NCBI GenBank assembly: GCA_028716965.1
Contig: JAQUOV010000007.1
Location: 58,795-122,794, forward strand
Reading direction: 5' to 3'
Origin: Candidatus Omnitrophota bacterium
GTDB lineage: Bacteria > Omnitrophota > Gorgyraeia > Gygaellales > Profunditerraquicolaceae
Length of the DNA stretch: 64,000 nt
Position 1 is the stretch's first letter; each line of letters opens with the position of its first letter. The notes below the pieces were generated by a model that had not been told where the DNA came from, ran no database searches, and worked only from the letters and a program-made list of their open reading frames with translations. Below are positions 54,821 to 63,979 of this stretch, in pieces. The translations under genes and the position numbers were made by a program.

Positions 54821-54893
54821 GGGCCATTAGCTCAATTGGCAGAGCAGGACACTCTTAATGTCAAGGTCGTAGGTTCGACTCCTACATGGCCCA
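54821..54893 (+). tRNA. tRNA-Lys (anticodon CTT)
   Basis: Manual cloverleaf: acceptor GGGCCAT/ATGGCCC, anticodon loop CTCTTAA, T-arm GTAGGTTCGACTCCTAC. Confidence 0.85.
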
Positions 54894-54952
54894 CTTTAAT
54901 ATTGTATGAAATCCCCCCGAATTCTTTTTAGAGGTCCTTCTACCTGCGTATA

Positions 54953-56914
54953 ATGAATAAAATAATGAAACCAGGACAATCTGAAAATATGGCATTTAAA
55001 GAACTGAAGGATAAATATCAGTTGCTCAGGGATTTGATGGATTTTATCCCGGATGTCATTTATTTTAAAGATAAAAAAGGCAGGTTTATCATGGTCAACC
55101 AGGCCCATGCTAAGGGCCTGGGGGTAAAACCCGAAGCTTTAGTGGGGAAAACAGATTTTGATCTTTTTTCAAAGAAACGGGCCATGAAGATGACGCAGGA
55201 TGATGCGCGGGTGATGAATACCGGTAAGCCGATAATAGACAAGGTTGAAAGAGCGACCCGGCCGGACGGGGTGGATAATTATGTTTCTACAACCAAGATA
55301 CCGCGCTATGACGAGACGGGCAAGGTCATTGGTTTAATCGGCATTACCAGGGATATTACCCGGCGTATGCAGTTTGAGCGGCTGAGGAAGGATAAAATAA
55401 GCATTGAAAAGAAACTGGAGGCTTTGGAGGAGCTTAGCGCCATGAAGTCAGAGTTTATCTCCACTGTTTCTCATGAGCTGCGCACCCCTTTGGCAGTAAT
55501 CAAACAGCTGGTCACTGTGGTTTTTAATGAGGTCGTCGGCCAGATCAACCATAAGCAGAAGGAGGTGCTTCAGAAAGCATTGGATAACGCTGAGCGCTTA
55601 AGGAAGATTATTGATGATTTGCTGGACATATCGCGCATTGAAAGGAATACCCTTAAATTGCATTATTCCCTGGTGGATATCGTTGACCTGATGAAAGACT
55701 CGGAAGGGTTTTTTATGAAGCTGGCCGAAGAAAAGAATATCCGCCTGAAATATGTTTACCCCGATGAACCGGTCAATGTTTTTATTGATGCCGACAGGAT
55801 AAGGCAGGTGATCTTCAACCTTATCAGCAACGCTATCAAGTTTACCATGGATGGCGGTAAGATCAAGGTAGAGGTAAGGATCCTGGAGGCAAAAGTCAGG
55901 ATAGGGGTTATAGATACCGGTATCGGCATATCCAAAGCAGACCTGCCTTTGATATTCAACAAATTCGCCCAGGCTTCTAATCTTTCTGGAGTTGAAAATA
56001 AAGGCATAGGATTGGGGCTTTCCATATCCAAGAAGCTGATTGAAAGGCACAAGGGGGAGATTTGGGTTGAATCTAAAGCCGGAGTGGGAAGCAAGTTTTA
56101 CTTTACCTTGCGCCGCTTTTATACTCTTGATATGCTGGGTAAGAGCATAAGGGATAAGGTGAGCCGGCTGATGAAGAGCGGGGTCTCCATGCATTTTGTC
56201 AGCCTTTTGATCCTGAATTGCAGCGAATTCAGGAAGAGGATGAAGATCGGCCTGGAGCCATTATTTAAAGATTTGCATACTATCCTCGATATAGTCCTTA
56301 AAAACGCTAAATATGAAGATGCTAATAAGCAGGCGATGTCCGTAATCAACCCTAATGCAGGCAAGTTCAGCATAATCCTGCCCGGGGCATCAAACAGGCA
56401 GGCATCCAATATCTCCGGCATGCTCAAATATAAGATTAAGCAGTATTTTGCCAGTAATAAAGTTGAGGATGTTTTTATAACCTTAGGCTCGCTGTCTTAT
56501 TCCCAGAAAGTTTTCTCGCAGGATGACGGGTTTTCGCCGTCGCGTTTTTCGATTAAGGAAATATATATAGGCTCGGAGATGCGGCGTTTCAAAAGGTTGT
56601 CTTTTAAAACGAATATCAAAATATTCTTGCCTGCGGAAAAAGTTGAGCTATCCGAATCCGTAGATGTTTCCGAGGGCGGGATTTGCCTGGTAATCAAACA
56701 CTTATTAAAGACGGATTCGCAATTAAAGGTAAGTTTTGTTTTTCCGGAAAACAAAGAATTCACTATCGCAGCAAGGGTGCGCGTGGCATGGATAAAAAAG
56801 ATCGAGCTTCTTTTCGGGGAGGATGCCGATAAATATAAAGTGGGGCTGGAGTTTATAAACCTGGAGAATAAATACAGAAAGGTTATTCGCAGAAGATTAA
56901 TGAGTAAATCTTAA
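54953..56914 (+). CDS. PAS sensor histidine kinase with C-terminal PilZ domain
   Basis: PAS domain, HisKA (SHELRTPL), HATPase_c (DTGIGIS...GLGLSISKKLIE). C-terminal PilZ motifs RRFKR and DVSEGG. Confidence 0.75.
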   Translation: MNKIMKPGQSENMAFKELKDKYQLLRDLMDFIPDVIYFKDKKGRFIMVNQAHAKGLGVKPEALVGKTDFDLFSKKRAMKMTQDDARVMNTGKPIIDKVERATRPDGVDNYVSTTKIPRYDETGKVIGLIGITRDITRRMQFERLRKDKISIEKKLEALEELSAMKSEFISTVSHELRTPLAVIKQLVTVVFNEVVGQINHKQKEVLQKALDNAERLRKIIDDLLDISRIERNTLKLHYSLVDIVDLMKDSEGFFMKLAEEKNIRLKYVYPDEPVNVFIDADRIRQVIFNLISNAIKFTMDGGKIKVEVRILEAKVRIGVIDTGIGISKADLPLIFNKFAQASNLSGVENKGIGLGLSISKKLIERHKGEIWVESKAGVGSKFYFTLRRFYTLDMLGKSIRDKVSRLMKSGVSMHFVSLLILNCSEFRKRMKIGLEPLFKDLHTILDIVLKNAKYEDANKQAMSVINPNAGKFSIILPGASNRQASNISGMLKYKIKQYFASNKVEDVFITLGSLSYSQKVFSQDDGFSPSRFSIKEIYIGSEMRRFKRLSFKTNIKIFLPAEKVELSESVDVSEGGICLVIKHLLKTDSQLKVSFVFPENKEFTIAARVRVAWIKKIELLFGEDADKYKVGLEFINLENKYRKVIRRRLMSKS

Positions 56915-56925
56915 GGAGCTTAACT

Positions 56926-57297
56926 ATGCCGAAGAAACGTATATTGCTCGTAGAAGATGAAGCCGATATGACGTACGCCCTGACCCTTCAGCTTGAGGCA
57001 ATTGATTGTGAAGTCTTAAGCGCATCCGATGGCCAGGCGGGGCTGGATATGGCGCGTAAAGAAAAGCCTGACCTGATCATCCTGGACCTGATGCTCCCTA
57101 AAATGGACGGCTATAAGATTTGCAGGATGCTGAAGTTTGATGAAAGATATAAGAAGATACCTATAATTATGTTTACTGCCCGGGTCCAGGACCAGGATAA
57201 AAAACTCGGCCAGGAGGTGGGCGCGGATGCTTATATCACAAAACCTTTTGATTCTAAGGCGCTTTTGGATAAGATAAGCGCGTTGCTTAAGAAATAA
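56926..57297 (+). CDS. Single-domain response regulator (CheY-like receiver)
   Basis: ILLVEDE...DLIILDLMLPKMDG...KPF receiver motifs. 123 aa. Confidence 0.8.
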   Translation: MPKKRILLVEDEADMTYALTLQLEAIDCEVLSASDGQAGLDMARKEKPDLIILDLMLPKMDGYKICRMLKFDERYKKIPIIMFTARVQDQDKKLGQEVGADAYITKPFDSKALLDKISALLKK

Positions 57298-57322
57298 TGT
57301 TTGTTATTTTATCCAGGAATAC

Positions 57323-57745
57323 GTGAAAAAGTCTTTTTACCGGTTTATCGAGCATACCGCAGATATCGGCATCAGGGTTAAATCATTCTCCCTGGCAGGG
57401 TTATTCAAAAATGCCGGCCTTGCTATAACCGACATCTCATTCCAGAAACAAACATCCCAATATCCCGGAAAGCATAATATCGTAATCAGGCAAAAAGCGG
57501 CTAACGTTGAGGAGCTTTTTATTAACTGGCTGAATGAGTTATTGTCAGTATCCGCAGTAGAATCCCTTGTTTTTGAAGATATCCAGGTAACCCAGATCAA
57601 TGAAAACTATGTGGATGCAGTTGCCGTAGGAAGAGACATGAGAGATTATAAGCTCAATACAGAAATCAAGGCTGCTACTTACCATCAGCTAAAGGTTAAA
57701 AAAACCGGCCTCATCTGGCAGGCAGAGGTAATTCTTGACGTATAA
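57323..57745 (+). CDS. Archease (RtcB activator)
   Basis: FIEHTADIGIRV N-terminal signature. 140 aa. Directly upstream of rtcB. Confidence 0.7.
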   Translation: MKKSFYRFIEHTADIGIRVKSFSLAGLFKNAGLAITDISFQKQTSQYPGKHNIVIRQKAANVEELFINWLNELLSVSAVESLVFEDIQVTQINENYVDAVAVGRDMRDYKLNTEIKAATYHQLKVKKTGLIWQAEVILDV

Positions 57746-59200
57746 ATGGACGCTCATATCCCGTTAGAGAAGATTGATGATTATCGCTGGCGTATCCCCC
57801 GCAGCTATAAGCCGGGAATGCGTGTGCCCGGTTTAATTTATGCCGACGAGAAACTGCTGAAGGATATTTACCGGGACAAGGCCCTGGAGCAGGTGGCTAA
57901 TGTGGCTTTCCTTCCGGGGATAGTGAATAATTCTTTGGCCATGCCTGATATCCACTGGGGTTATGGTTTTCCTATAGGCGGAGTGGCGGCGACTGATATT
58001 GAGGAGGGAGGGGTTATTTCTCCCGGAGGGGTAGGGTTTGATATAAATTGCGGGGTAAGATTATTAAAAACTAATCTGGAATATGATGATGTTAAAGATA
58101 AGATCAAAGATTTAATTTACCGTTTATTCTCCGATATCCCTTCCGGAGTAGGCTCTGAAGGGGATATAAAGGTAAGCCCAAAAGAAGAGGAAGAGATATT
58201 ATTGAAAGGCAGCCGCTGGGCAGTGGAAAAAGGGTTTGGGACGGATGACGACCTTGAATGTACCGAAGAAAATGGCGCTATGCAGGGCGCAGACCCGCAG
58301 GCAGTTTCAGAGCGTGCTTTAAAGCGCGGCAGGGCCCAATCAGGCACCTTAGGTTCCGGAAATCATTTTTTAGAAGTCCAGGTTATTGACCAGCTTTATG
58401 ACCGGGATGCTTCGGATGCCCTGGAGCTTAATTTAGGCCAGGTAATGGTAGCGATTCATTCAGGTTCGCGAGGTTTGGGTTATCAAATTTGTGAAGATTA
58501 TTCTCGCGGTATGATCGCAAGCTTGGCGAAATATGGCATAAATGTACCTGACCGGCAGCTTGCCTGCGCTCCGGTTAGTTCCGCTGAAGGCAAGGCATAT
58601 CTATCGGCGATGAAATGCGCGGCAAATTATGCCTGGTGCAACCGGCAGTGTTTGATGTATTTAACGCGTAAAGTATTTGAGAAGTTTTTTGGGGTTTCCT
58701 GGCAGAAACTGGGGATGTTCCTGATTTATGATGTGGCGCATAACATTGCAAAGATTGAAAAACATAATGTTGCAGGCAAGGAAAAGGAACTCTGCGTGCA
58801 TCGTAAAGGCGCCACGCGGGCTTTTCCCCCCGGGCATCCGGCTTTGCCTGAAAAATATAAGAAGATCGGCCAGCCTGTAATTATTCCCGGGGACATGGGC
58901 AGGAACTCGTATCTTTTGACCGGCACGGAAAAAGCAATGCAGGAAACCTTTGGCAGCGCCTGCCATGGCGCCGGGCGCCTGAAGTCCCGTACCTCTGCCC
59001 TTAGATCCATCAATCCAGATATGTTATTGAAAGAATTGGGATCTAAAGGTATAATAGTGAAAGCCTCCGGACGCAATACGCTGGCAGAAGAGGCGCCTTC
59101 TGCCTATAAAGACGTAAATGATGTGGTGGATGTGGTGCATAATGCCGGAATATCAAAACGCGTCTGCAGGATGCGTCCGCTGGGAGTAATTAAAGGTTGA
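57746..59200 (+). CDS. rtcB: RNA-splicing ligase RtcB
   Basis: Conserved GSGNHF, HSGSRG and CHGAGR motifs. 484 aa. Confidence 0.88.
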   Translation: MDAHIPLEKIDDYRWRIPRSYKPGMRVPGLIYADEKLLKDIYRDKALEQVANVAFLPGIVNNSLAMPDIHWGYGFPIGGVAATDIEEGGVISPGGVGFDINCGVRLLKTNLEYDDVKDKIKDLIYRLFSDIPSGVGSEGDIKVSPKEEEEILLKGSRWAVEKGFGTDDDLECTEENGAMQGADPQAVSERALKRGRAQSGTLGSGNHFLEVQVIDQLYDRDASDALELNLGQVMVAIHSGSRGLGYQICEDYSRGMIASLAKYGINVPDRQLACAPVSSAEGKAYLSAMKCAANYAWCNRQCLMYLTRKVFEKFFGVSWQKLGMFLIYDVAHNIAKIEKHNVAGKEKELCVHRKGATRAFPPGHPALPEKYKKIGQPVIIPGDMGRNSYLLTGTEKAMQETFGSACHGAGRLKSRTSALRSINPDMLLKELGSKGIIVKASGRNTLAEEAPSAYKDVNDVVDVVHNAGISKRVCRMRPLGVIKG

Positions 59201-59282
59201 GAGACGTAAAGCTAAGTATCGCCAGTAGGGACTGTCCCCGAAGGGGACTATCCCACGACAAGATAAGTGTAGTTCGGGAGAT

Positions 59283-60563
59283 TTGCCAAGAATGTTAGAT
59301 ATAAAATTCATCCGGGAAAATCAAGATTTGGTAAAGCAGGCGATAAAGAACCGGGCTTTGAAGATTGATATTGATGCCGTTGTTAAGATTGATGACGGAC
59401 GCCGTAGATCTTTGAGCGAATTTGAGGAGTTATCGGCCAAGCGCAATAAAGCCAATGATGAAATAAGCGTTCTTTTGAAAGAAAAAAAAGACGCTAAAGC
59501 CAAAATATCCTCAATGAAGGATATTTCAAAACGCATTAGTGAGCTTGAGTCGCAGATAAAAGATCAGGAAGCAGAGCTGAATAAGCTGCTTTTGAATATT
59601 CCCAACCTGCCGCATGCCTCTTTGCCGGTAGGGGATGCTTCTTGTAACAAGGTCGTGCGTAGTTGGGCTGAGCCGAAAAAGTTTAATTTTAAGCCGCTTA
59701 GCCATATTGAGCTTTGCCAGAACCTGGATATCGTGGATTTTAACCGGGCGACCAAGATTAGCGGCTCAAATTTCATCCTTTTCAAGGGCTGGGGCGCGAA
59801 ACTTGAGCGGGCTTTGATTAATTTCATGCTGGACCTGCATACGCGCAAGCATGGTTATACCGAGATCTTCCCGCCGTTTTTGGTTAACCGCGCTTCTATG
59901 CTTGGCACCGGCCAGCTGCCCAAGCTGGAAGAGGATATGTATAAACTTAAAGACGATGACCTTTTCCTTATTCCTACGGCAGAAGTCCCGCTTACTAATA
60001 TCTTCCGCGATGAAATCATAGATGAGGATAAGCTGCCTGTTTATTATACCGCTTATACGGCATGTTTCAGAAGAGAGGCAGGTTCGTATGGCAAGGACAC
60101 CAAAGGCTTAATCCGCGTGCATGAATTTGATAAGGTAGAGATGGTAAAGTTCGTCAGGCCCGAAGATTCTTATGATGAACTGGAAAAACTGGTAGCCGAC
60201 GCCGAAGAGGTGCTGCAGCTTTTAGAGTTACCGTACCGGGTAGTGATGCTTTCCACGCAAGATATAAGTTTTGCCGCCAGTAAATGTTATGACCTTGAGG
60301 CTTATACCGCCGGAGTAGATAAATGGCTTGAGGTCTCCAGCTGCAGTAATTTTGAAAGTTTCCAGGCCCGCCGGGCAAATATCAGGATGCGCCGGGGAGA
60401 AAGCAAGAAAGTAGAATTCTTGCACACCCTCAATGGCTCGGGTATAGCTTTGGCGCGCACGGTGGTAGCGATATTGGAAAATTACCAACAGCAGGACGGT
60501 TCAGTATTAATCCCTAAAATACTACAACCATATTTAAATGGCCAGGAAAGAATTACCCGATAA
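59283..60563 (+). CDS. serS: Seryl-tRNA synthetase
   Basis: N-terminal coiled-coil arm. Class II core with FRREAGS motif 2 and the GSGIA...R motif 3 region. Confidence 0.9.
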   Translation: MPRMLDIKFIRENQDLVKQAIKNRALKIDIDAVVKIDDGRRRSLSEFEELSAKRNKANDEISVLLKEKKDAKAKISSMKDISKRISELESQIKDQEAELNKLLLNIPNLPHASLPVGDASCNKVVRSWAEPKKFNFKPLSHIELCQNLDIVDFNRATKISGSNFILFKGWGAKLERALINFMLDLHTRKHGYTEIFPPFLVNRASMLGTGQLPKLEEDMYKLKDDDLFLIPTAEVPLTNIFRDEIIDEDKLPVYYTAYTACFRREAGSYGKDTKGLIRVHEFDKVEMVKFVRPEDSYDELEKLVADAEEVLQLLELPYRVVMLSTQDISFAASKCYDLEAYTAGVDKWLEVSSCSNFESFQARRANIRMRRGESKKVEFLHTLNGSGIALARTVVAILENYQQQDGSVLIPKILQPYLNGQERITR

Positions 60564-61242
60564 GAAATTACTTAAAGATACCCCTTTGCCAAAAGAGCCT
60601 GCCGGCATTTCCGGAGACTTTTCCAGTAAGTTCTCCGGTTTATCCAGTAAGGCCTTCGGGATAATTAAATTCATTTTAGGCATATTGCTCCTGCCGTTTG
60701 TTTTCTCAACGACAGTATCTTTCCTTAATGAATTTGGCCTGGTGGACAAAAGTTTACAAGCAGTATTCTGGAAGGGGGTAGTTTGTTTCCTGGCGGTCTA
60801 CCTGTTTATCTGGGAGCCGGCGGCAATCTACAACCGAGGGCATAAACTGCTTGAGATCGTCTTTAGCTTCTTTAAGCCGATGGTTAATGTTGCGCCGTTC
60901 CTCCTGCCAATATACACTATATTGGTATTTATTCTCTACGGGTTGTTATCGCTGGGGATTAAATCCTCCTGGTTGATTGAATATGCGCTTTTTCTTATCG
61001 GTTTCAGCGCTGTCCTGCACTTGGTATTTTCAGCCAAGGCCATCCGTACAAAAAAAGGGGATTTCCTGAAAGGAAATTACATATTCGGGTTTTCGTTTAT
61101 TTTTATCCTGAATCTTACGCTGCTTACCTGCGGTTTCAGCCTGATGTTTAAGGAGTTTTCATTCGTTAATTTCTGTAATATTTCTTTTGCCGTGGCCGGT
61201 AATATATTTTCCGCTGTTTTTAGGCAGCTTTTCTTGTTTTGA
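60538..61242 (+). CDS. Hypothetical polytopic membrane protein
   Basis: 234 aa, about 5 to 6 hydrophobic helices. Overlaps the serS 3' end by 26 nt. Confidence 0.45.
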   Translation: MARKELPDKKLLKDTPLPKEPAGISGDFSSKFSGLSSKAFGIIKFILGILLLPFVFSTTVSFLNEFGLVDKSLQAVFWKGVVCFLAVYLFIWEPAAIYNRGHKLLEIVFSFFKPMVNVAPFLLPIYTILVFILYGLLSLGIKSSWLIEYALFLIGFSAVLHLVFSAKAIRTKKGDFLKGNYIFGFSFIFILNLTLLTCGFSLMFKEFSFVNFCNISFAVAGNIFSAVFRQLFLF

Positions 61243-61249
61243 CCTTTCA

Positions 61250-61297
61250 GGTGGGGGGTGTCAGAGTGGTTGAAAGTAACAGTCTTGATCCCGCACC
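61250..61297 (+). pseudogene. Degenerate tRNA-Ser-like 5' half (acceptor, D-arm-like and a CTTGA anticodon-loop-like segment)
   Basis: GGTGGGGGGTGTCAGAGTGGTTGAAAGTAACAGTCTTGATCCCGCACC runs parallel to the intact tRNA-Ser GGAGGAGTGGCAGAGTGGTCTAATGCGGCGGTCTTGAAAACCG, but its anticodon stem does not close. Confidence 0.4.
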
Positions 61298-61315
61298 TTT
61301 TGTAAATCATCTTAT

Positions 61316-61402
61316 GGAGGAGTGGCAGAGTGGTCTAATGCGGCGGTCTTGAAAACCGTTGAAGCCGTAAGGTTTCCGAGGGTTCGAATCCTTCCTCCTC
61401 CG
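61316..61402 (+). tRNA. tRNA-Ser (anticodon TGA), class II long variable arm
   Basis: Acceptor GGAGGAG/CTCCTCC, anticodon arm GCGGT-CTTGAAA-ACCGT, long variable arm, T-arm GAGGGTTCGAATCCTTC. Confidence 0.85.
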
Positions 61403-61426
61403 AAATAAAACGGTATTATTTAAAAA

Positions 61427-61453
61427 GGTGCGGGACGAATCCCAGCCCCACCG
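61427..61453 (+). pseudogene. Degenerate tRNA-like 3' fragment pairing with 61250..61297
   Basis: GGTGCGGGACGAATCCCAGCCCCACCG. The segment CCCCACC pairs with the 5' GGTGGGG, and GGTGCGGGA pairs with TCCCGCACC at 61289..61297. T-loop-like CGAATCC. Confidence 0.35.
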
Positions 61454-61490
61454 TTAATTGCATTGGAAGTTAAGCAGTAAAAAGGCCCAT

Positions 61491-62294
61491 ATGAGCGCAG
61501 CCATTTATTATTTCTCGGCTACCGGTAATTCCCTGATGGTAGCAAGGGATATAGCGTCTGAATTGAAAGAAGCTAAACTTCTGCCTATAACCAAGGCAGC
61601 AGGATCAGGCAGTATTGAGCAGGCTGATATAGTGGGGATTGTTTTTCCGGTGTATATGTTCGGCCTGCCGCTTATTGTGGCGGAGTTTTTGAAAAGACTT
61701 AAAGCTAAGCCCGATGCCTATGTTTTTTCGGTAGCTACGCTTGGCGGATTGCCGGGAAGGGCGCATAGTTTAATCAGGAGTATCCTGGGCGCGCGCGGGA
61801 TTGAGCTGGCATGCGGATTTTCAGTGATGATGCCGGGAAACTATACACCGTTATACGGGGCTATCCCTAAAGAGCAGCAGGAGGGGATGTTTAAGAAGGA
61901 AAAAATAAAGGTTAAGGAGATCGCGCGTTTGGTGACGGAGCGTAAACGCGGCATCTTTGAAGAGAAGCCTTTTCTTGCTAATTTCTTGCTTTATGTCTTG
62001 CTGTATAGGGCAGGTTCCAAACAGATCCCCGGTTCAGCCAAAGGATTTTGGATTACGGATGCCTGTACTAAATGCGGCAGGTGCGCTAAGGTTTGCCCCG
62101 TAGCCAACATAGAGATGAAGGATGGCAGGCCTTTTTGGCTTGCCCACTGCCAGCATTGCATGGCATGTTTGCAGTGGTGCCCCGTAGAAGCTATCCAGTA
62201 TAAGAAGTCCACCCTGGGCAGGGAGCGTTACCGCCATCCCGGTATAAGCGAAGAAGATATCGGCGGGCAGAGGGTTGATCCTCTGAAAATATAA
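61491..62294 (+). CDS. Flavodoxin-like domain protein with C-terminal 2x[4Fe-4S] ferredoxin domain
   Basis: AIYYFSATGNS flavodoxin-like N-terminus. CTKCGRCAKVCP and CQHCMACLQWCP motifs. Start taken at MSAAIYY; the ORF begins at 61458. Confidence 0.6.
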   Translation: MSAAIYYFSATGNSLMVARDIASELKEAKLLPITKAAGSGSIEQADIVGIVFPVYMFGLPLIVAEFLKRLKAKPDAYVFSVATLGGLPGRAHSLIRSILGARGIELACGFSVMMPGNYTPLYGAIPKEQQEGMFKKEKIKVKEIARLVTERKRGIFEEKPFLANFLLYVLLYRAGSKQIPGSAKGFWITDACTKCGRCAKVCPVANIEMKDGRPFWLAHCQHCMACLQWCPVEAIQYKKSTLGRERYRHPGISEEDIGGQRVDPLKI

Positions 62295-62305
62295 ATTGCG
62301 GTCCT

Positions 62306-62393
62306 GGAGAGTTGGCAGAGCTGGTTGAATGCGGCGGTCTCGAAAACCGTTGTCGTCGTAAGATGACCGGAGGTTCGAATCCTCCACTCTCCG
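62306..62393 (+). tRNA. tRNA-Ser (anticodon CGA)
   Basis: Acceptor GGAGAGT/ACTCTCC, anticodon arm GCGGT-CTCGAAA-ACCGT, long variable arm, T-arm GGAGGTTCGAATCCTCC. Confidence 0.85.
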
Positions 62394-62446
62394 TTGAAGT
62401 TTTGCAAACAGCCGATCTTCAGCGGATGCTGTTCCGTGTAAAAATT

Positions 62447-63979
62447 TTATAATAATTTTTGGAGAGGTGCCGGAGTGGTCGAACGGGCGTGTCTGGAGAA
62501 CACGTGAGTCGCAAGGCTCCCAGGGTTCGAATCCCTGCCTCTCCGCCAGTTAGGATAGGGTGCTGCTTCAAAGAGAGGACGGAAGGTACCTTCCGTCGGA
62601 AAATTGAGGCGGCGCTCTTTTAAAATAAAGTTCGAACCAATCTTTTTCAGAAATTCTTTCTGGGATTCTAAATTTCCCTCTTCAATCGCGCAACGGGCTC
62701 TATTCAAAGAGGTTACGAATTCTTTCGCCGGTTCGAACCGATTAGAGCCTACCGCAGCAAAATCCTTTGCAGATTCCTGTAATTTCTTCTTTTCGTTGAT
62801 AAAACTTTCCTTCTTAGCCTGATATTCTTCAAGAGTCAAAGACTCAGCCAGGTACATATCAATTAGCTTGCTTATCTTATCGTCAATCGCCTTAATCTTA
62901 GCGTCCAGATTTTGCTGCGGGAGACCTGATGATTGGACAGCCTCATTCTTGTCCTTAGCAAGCTCATTCAAAATCTTCTCTGTCCAATCATCAGACAAAG
63001 AAACTTTTTGAATGATAGCCCTGACCTGCGCGGCAAGCTCTTCCTCGCGGATATACTTTTGGGAGCAGCGGACTAACCTTTTGGTGCAATGGTAGTAAGT
63101 ATGCCCCTTTTGAACTTCTGCCGTAATTGACCTTCCGCACTCACCGCAGCGCATTAACCCTCTAAGAATAAATCTCTCTTTTTGCGGCTCCTTGTGTTTG
63201 CCGCGCATTCGCATAACTTCTTGGCATCTATCAAAAAGTTTCTTTGTGATAATAGGCTGATGAGTGCCTTCATAGACTTCGCCTTTATAGCGGAATACGC
63301 CGTAATAAAGAGGGTTTTTGAGCATCGTTTGATATTGGCTTATGCTTAGAGGCTTATCTTTTCTACCAGCCATGCCGAGAGGATTTATTTTGTTTCGCAC
63401 CTCTTCTAGTGAATATTCGCCACTAGAGTAAAGCTCAAAAACCCTCTTTATGAAAGGAGCTTTGCCCTCATCAATTATAATCGTGCGTGTCTTGCGGTCG
63501 TTAAGGTAACCGATGGGCGCCCACTGCGGCCAGATTCCTTTGCTTAACTTCAACCTTATCCCTCTGCGTATGTTTTCAGATAAGGCATCTATATAATACT
63601 TGCTCTGGCCGAATACGATAGAGAGCATAAACTTGCCTTGAGCGTTGTTATCAAAGCGTAACGTTGGGAAGCGCAGGTCCTGAATCACCTTTTGATCTAC
63701 GAGGTAAATTATCCGGCCGCCATCAACAGAGTTTCTCGCTAATCTATCGGGATGCCAGGCAAGGATGCCGTCCGCAAGTCCACGCTCAATAGCAAGAATC
63801 ATATCATTGAAGAGTGGGCGCCCGGGCTTCTTGGCGGTCTTGGCTTCGATAATCTCCTTAAGAACAAGAATATTCTCTCGTTGGGCGTATTCTCTTAATT
63901 CCTTAAGCTGTGCTTCGATAGAGAGAACTTGTCTATCCTCGTCATCTGTGGACTTGCGGGCATAAATAAAGTATCTCAT
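62447..63979 (-). CDS. Large serine recombinase (phage-integrase type: resolvase catalytic domain, recombinase domain, zinc ribbon and coiled coil)
   Basis: N-terminus MRYFIYARKSTDDEDRQVLSIEAQ carries the catalytic-Ser motif. A CxxC...C zinc ribbon sits in the middle (RCGECG...YYHC). RBS aaaggag at 63985. The last roughly 35 codons run antisense through tRNA-Ser(GGA). Confidence 0.85.
   Translation of the reverse strand: MRYFIYARKSTDDEDRQVLSIEAQLKELREYAQRENILVLKEIIEAKTAKKPGRPLFNDMILAIERGLADGILAWHPDRLARNSVDGGRIIYLVDQKVIQDLRFPTLRFDNNAQGKFMLSIVFGQSKYYIDALSENIRRGIRLKLSKGIWPQWAPIGYLNDRKTRTIIIDEGKAPFIKRVFELYSSGEYSLEEVRNKINPLGMAGRKDKPLSISQYQTMLKNPLYYGVFRYKGEVYEGTHQPIITKKLFDRCQEVMRMRGKHKEPQKERFILRGLMRCGECGRSITAEVQKGHTYYHCTKRLVRCSQKYIREEELAAQVRAIIQKVSLSDDWTEKILNELAKDKNEAVQSSGLPQQNLDAKIKAIDDKISKLIDMYLAESLTLEEYQAKKESFINEKKKLQESAKDFAAVGSNRFEPAKEFVTSLNRARCAIEEGNLESQKEFLKKIGSNFILKERRLNFPTEGTFRPLFEAAPYPNWRRGRDSNPGSLATHVFSRHARSTTPAPLQKLL
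62461..62548 (+). tRNA. tRNA-Ser (anticodon GGA) with encoded CCA
   Basis: Acceptor GGAGAGG/CCTCTCC, anticodon arm CGTGT-CTGGAGA-ACACG, long variable arm, T-arm CAGGGTTCGAATCCCTG, then GCCA. Confidence 0.85.

Noticed and set aside
61250-61453. Possibility that the outer tRNA-like halves encode tRNA-Sec
   Set aside because: The anticodon-like triplet is TGA/UGA read as Ser (anticodon TGA), not TCA. The acceptor can form only 7 bp and the T-arm is degenerate.
62604-63965. Plus-strand ORFs (72 and 66 aa) inside the serine recombinase gene
   Set aside because: Antisense shadow ORFs within a well-supported 510-aa recombinase.
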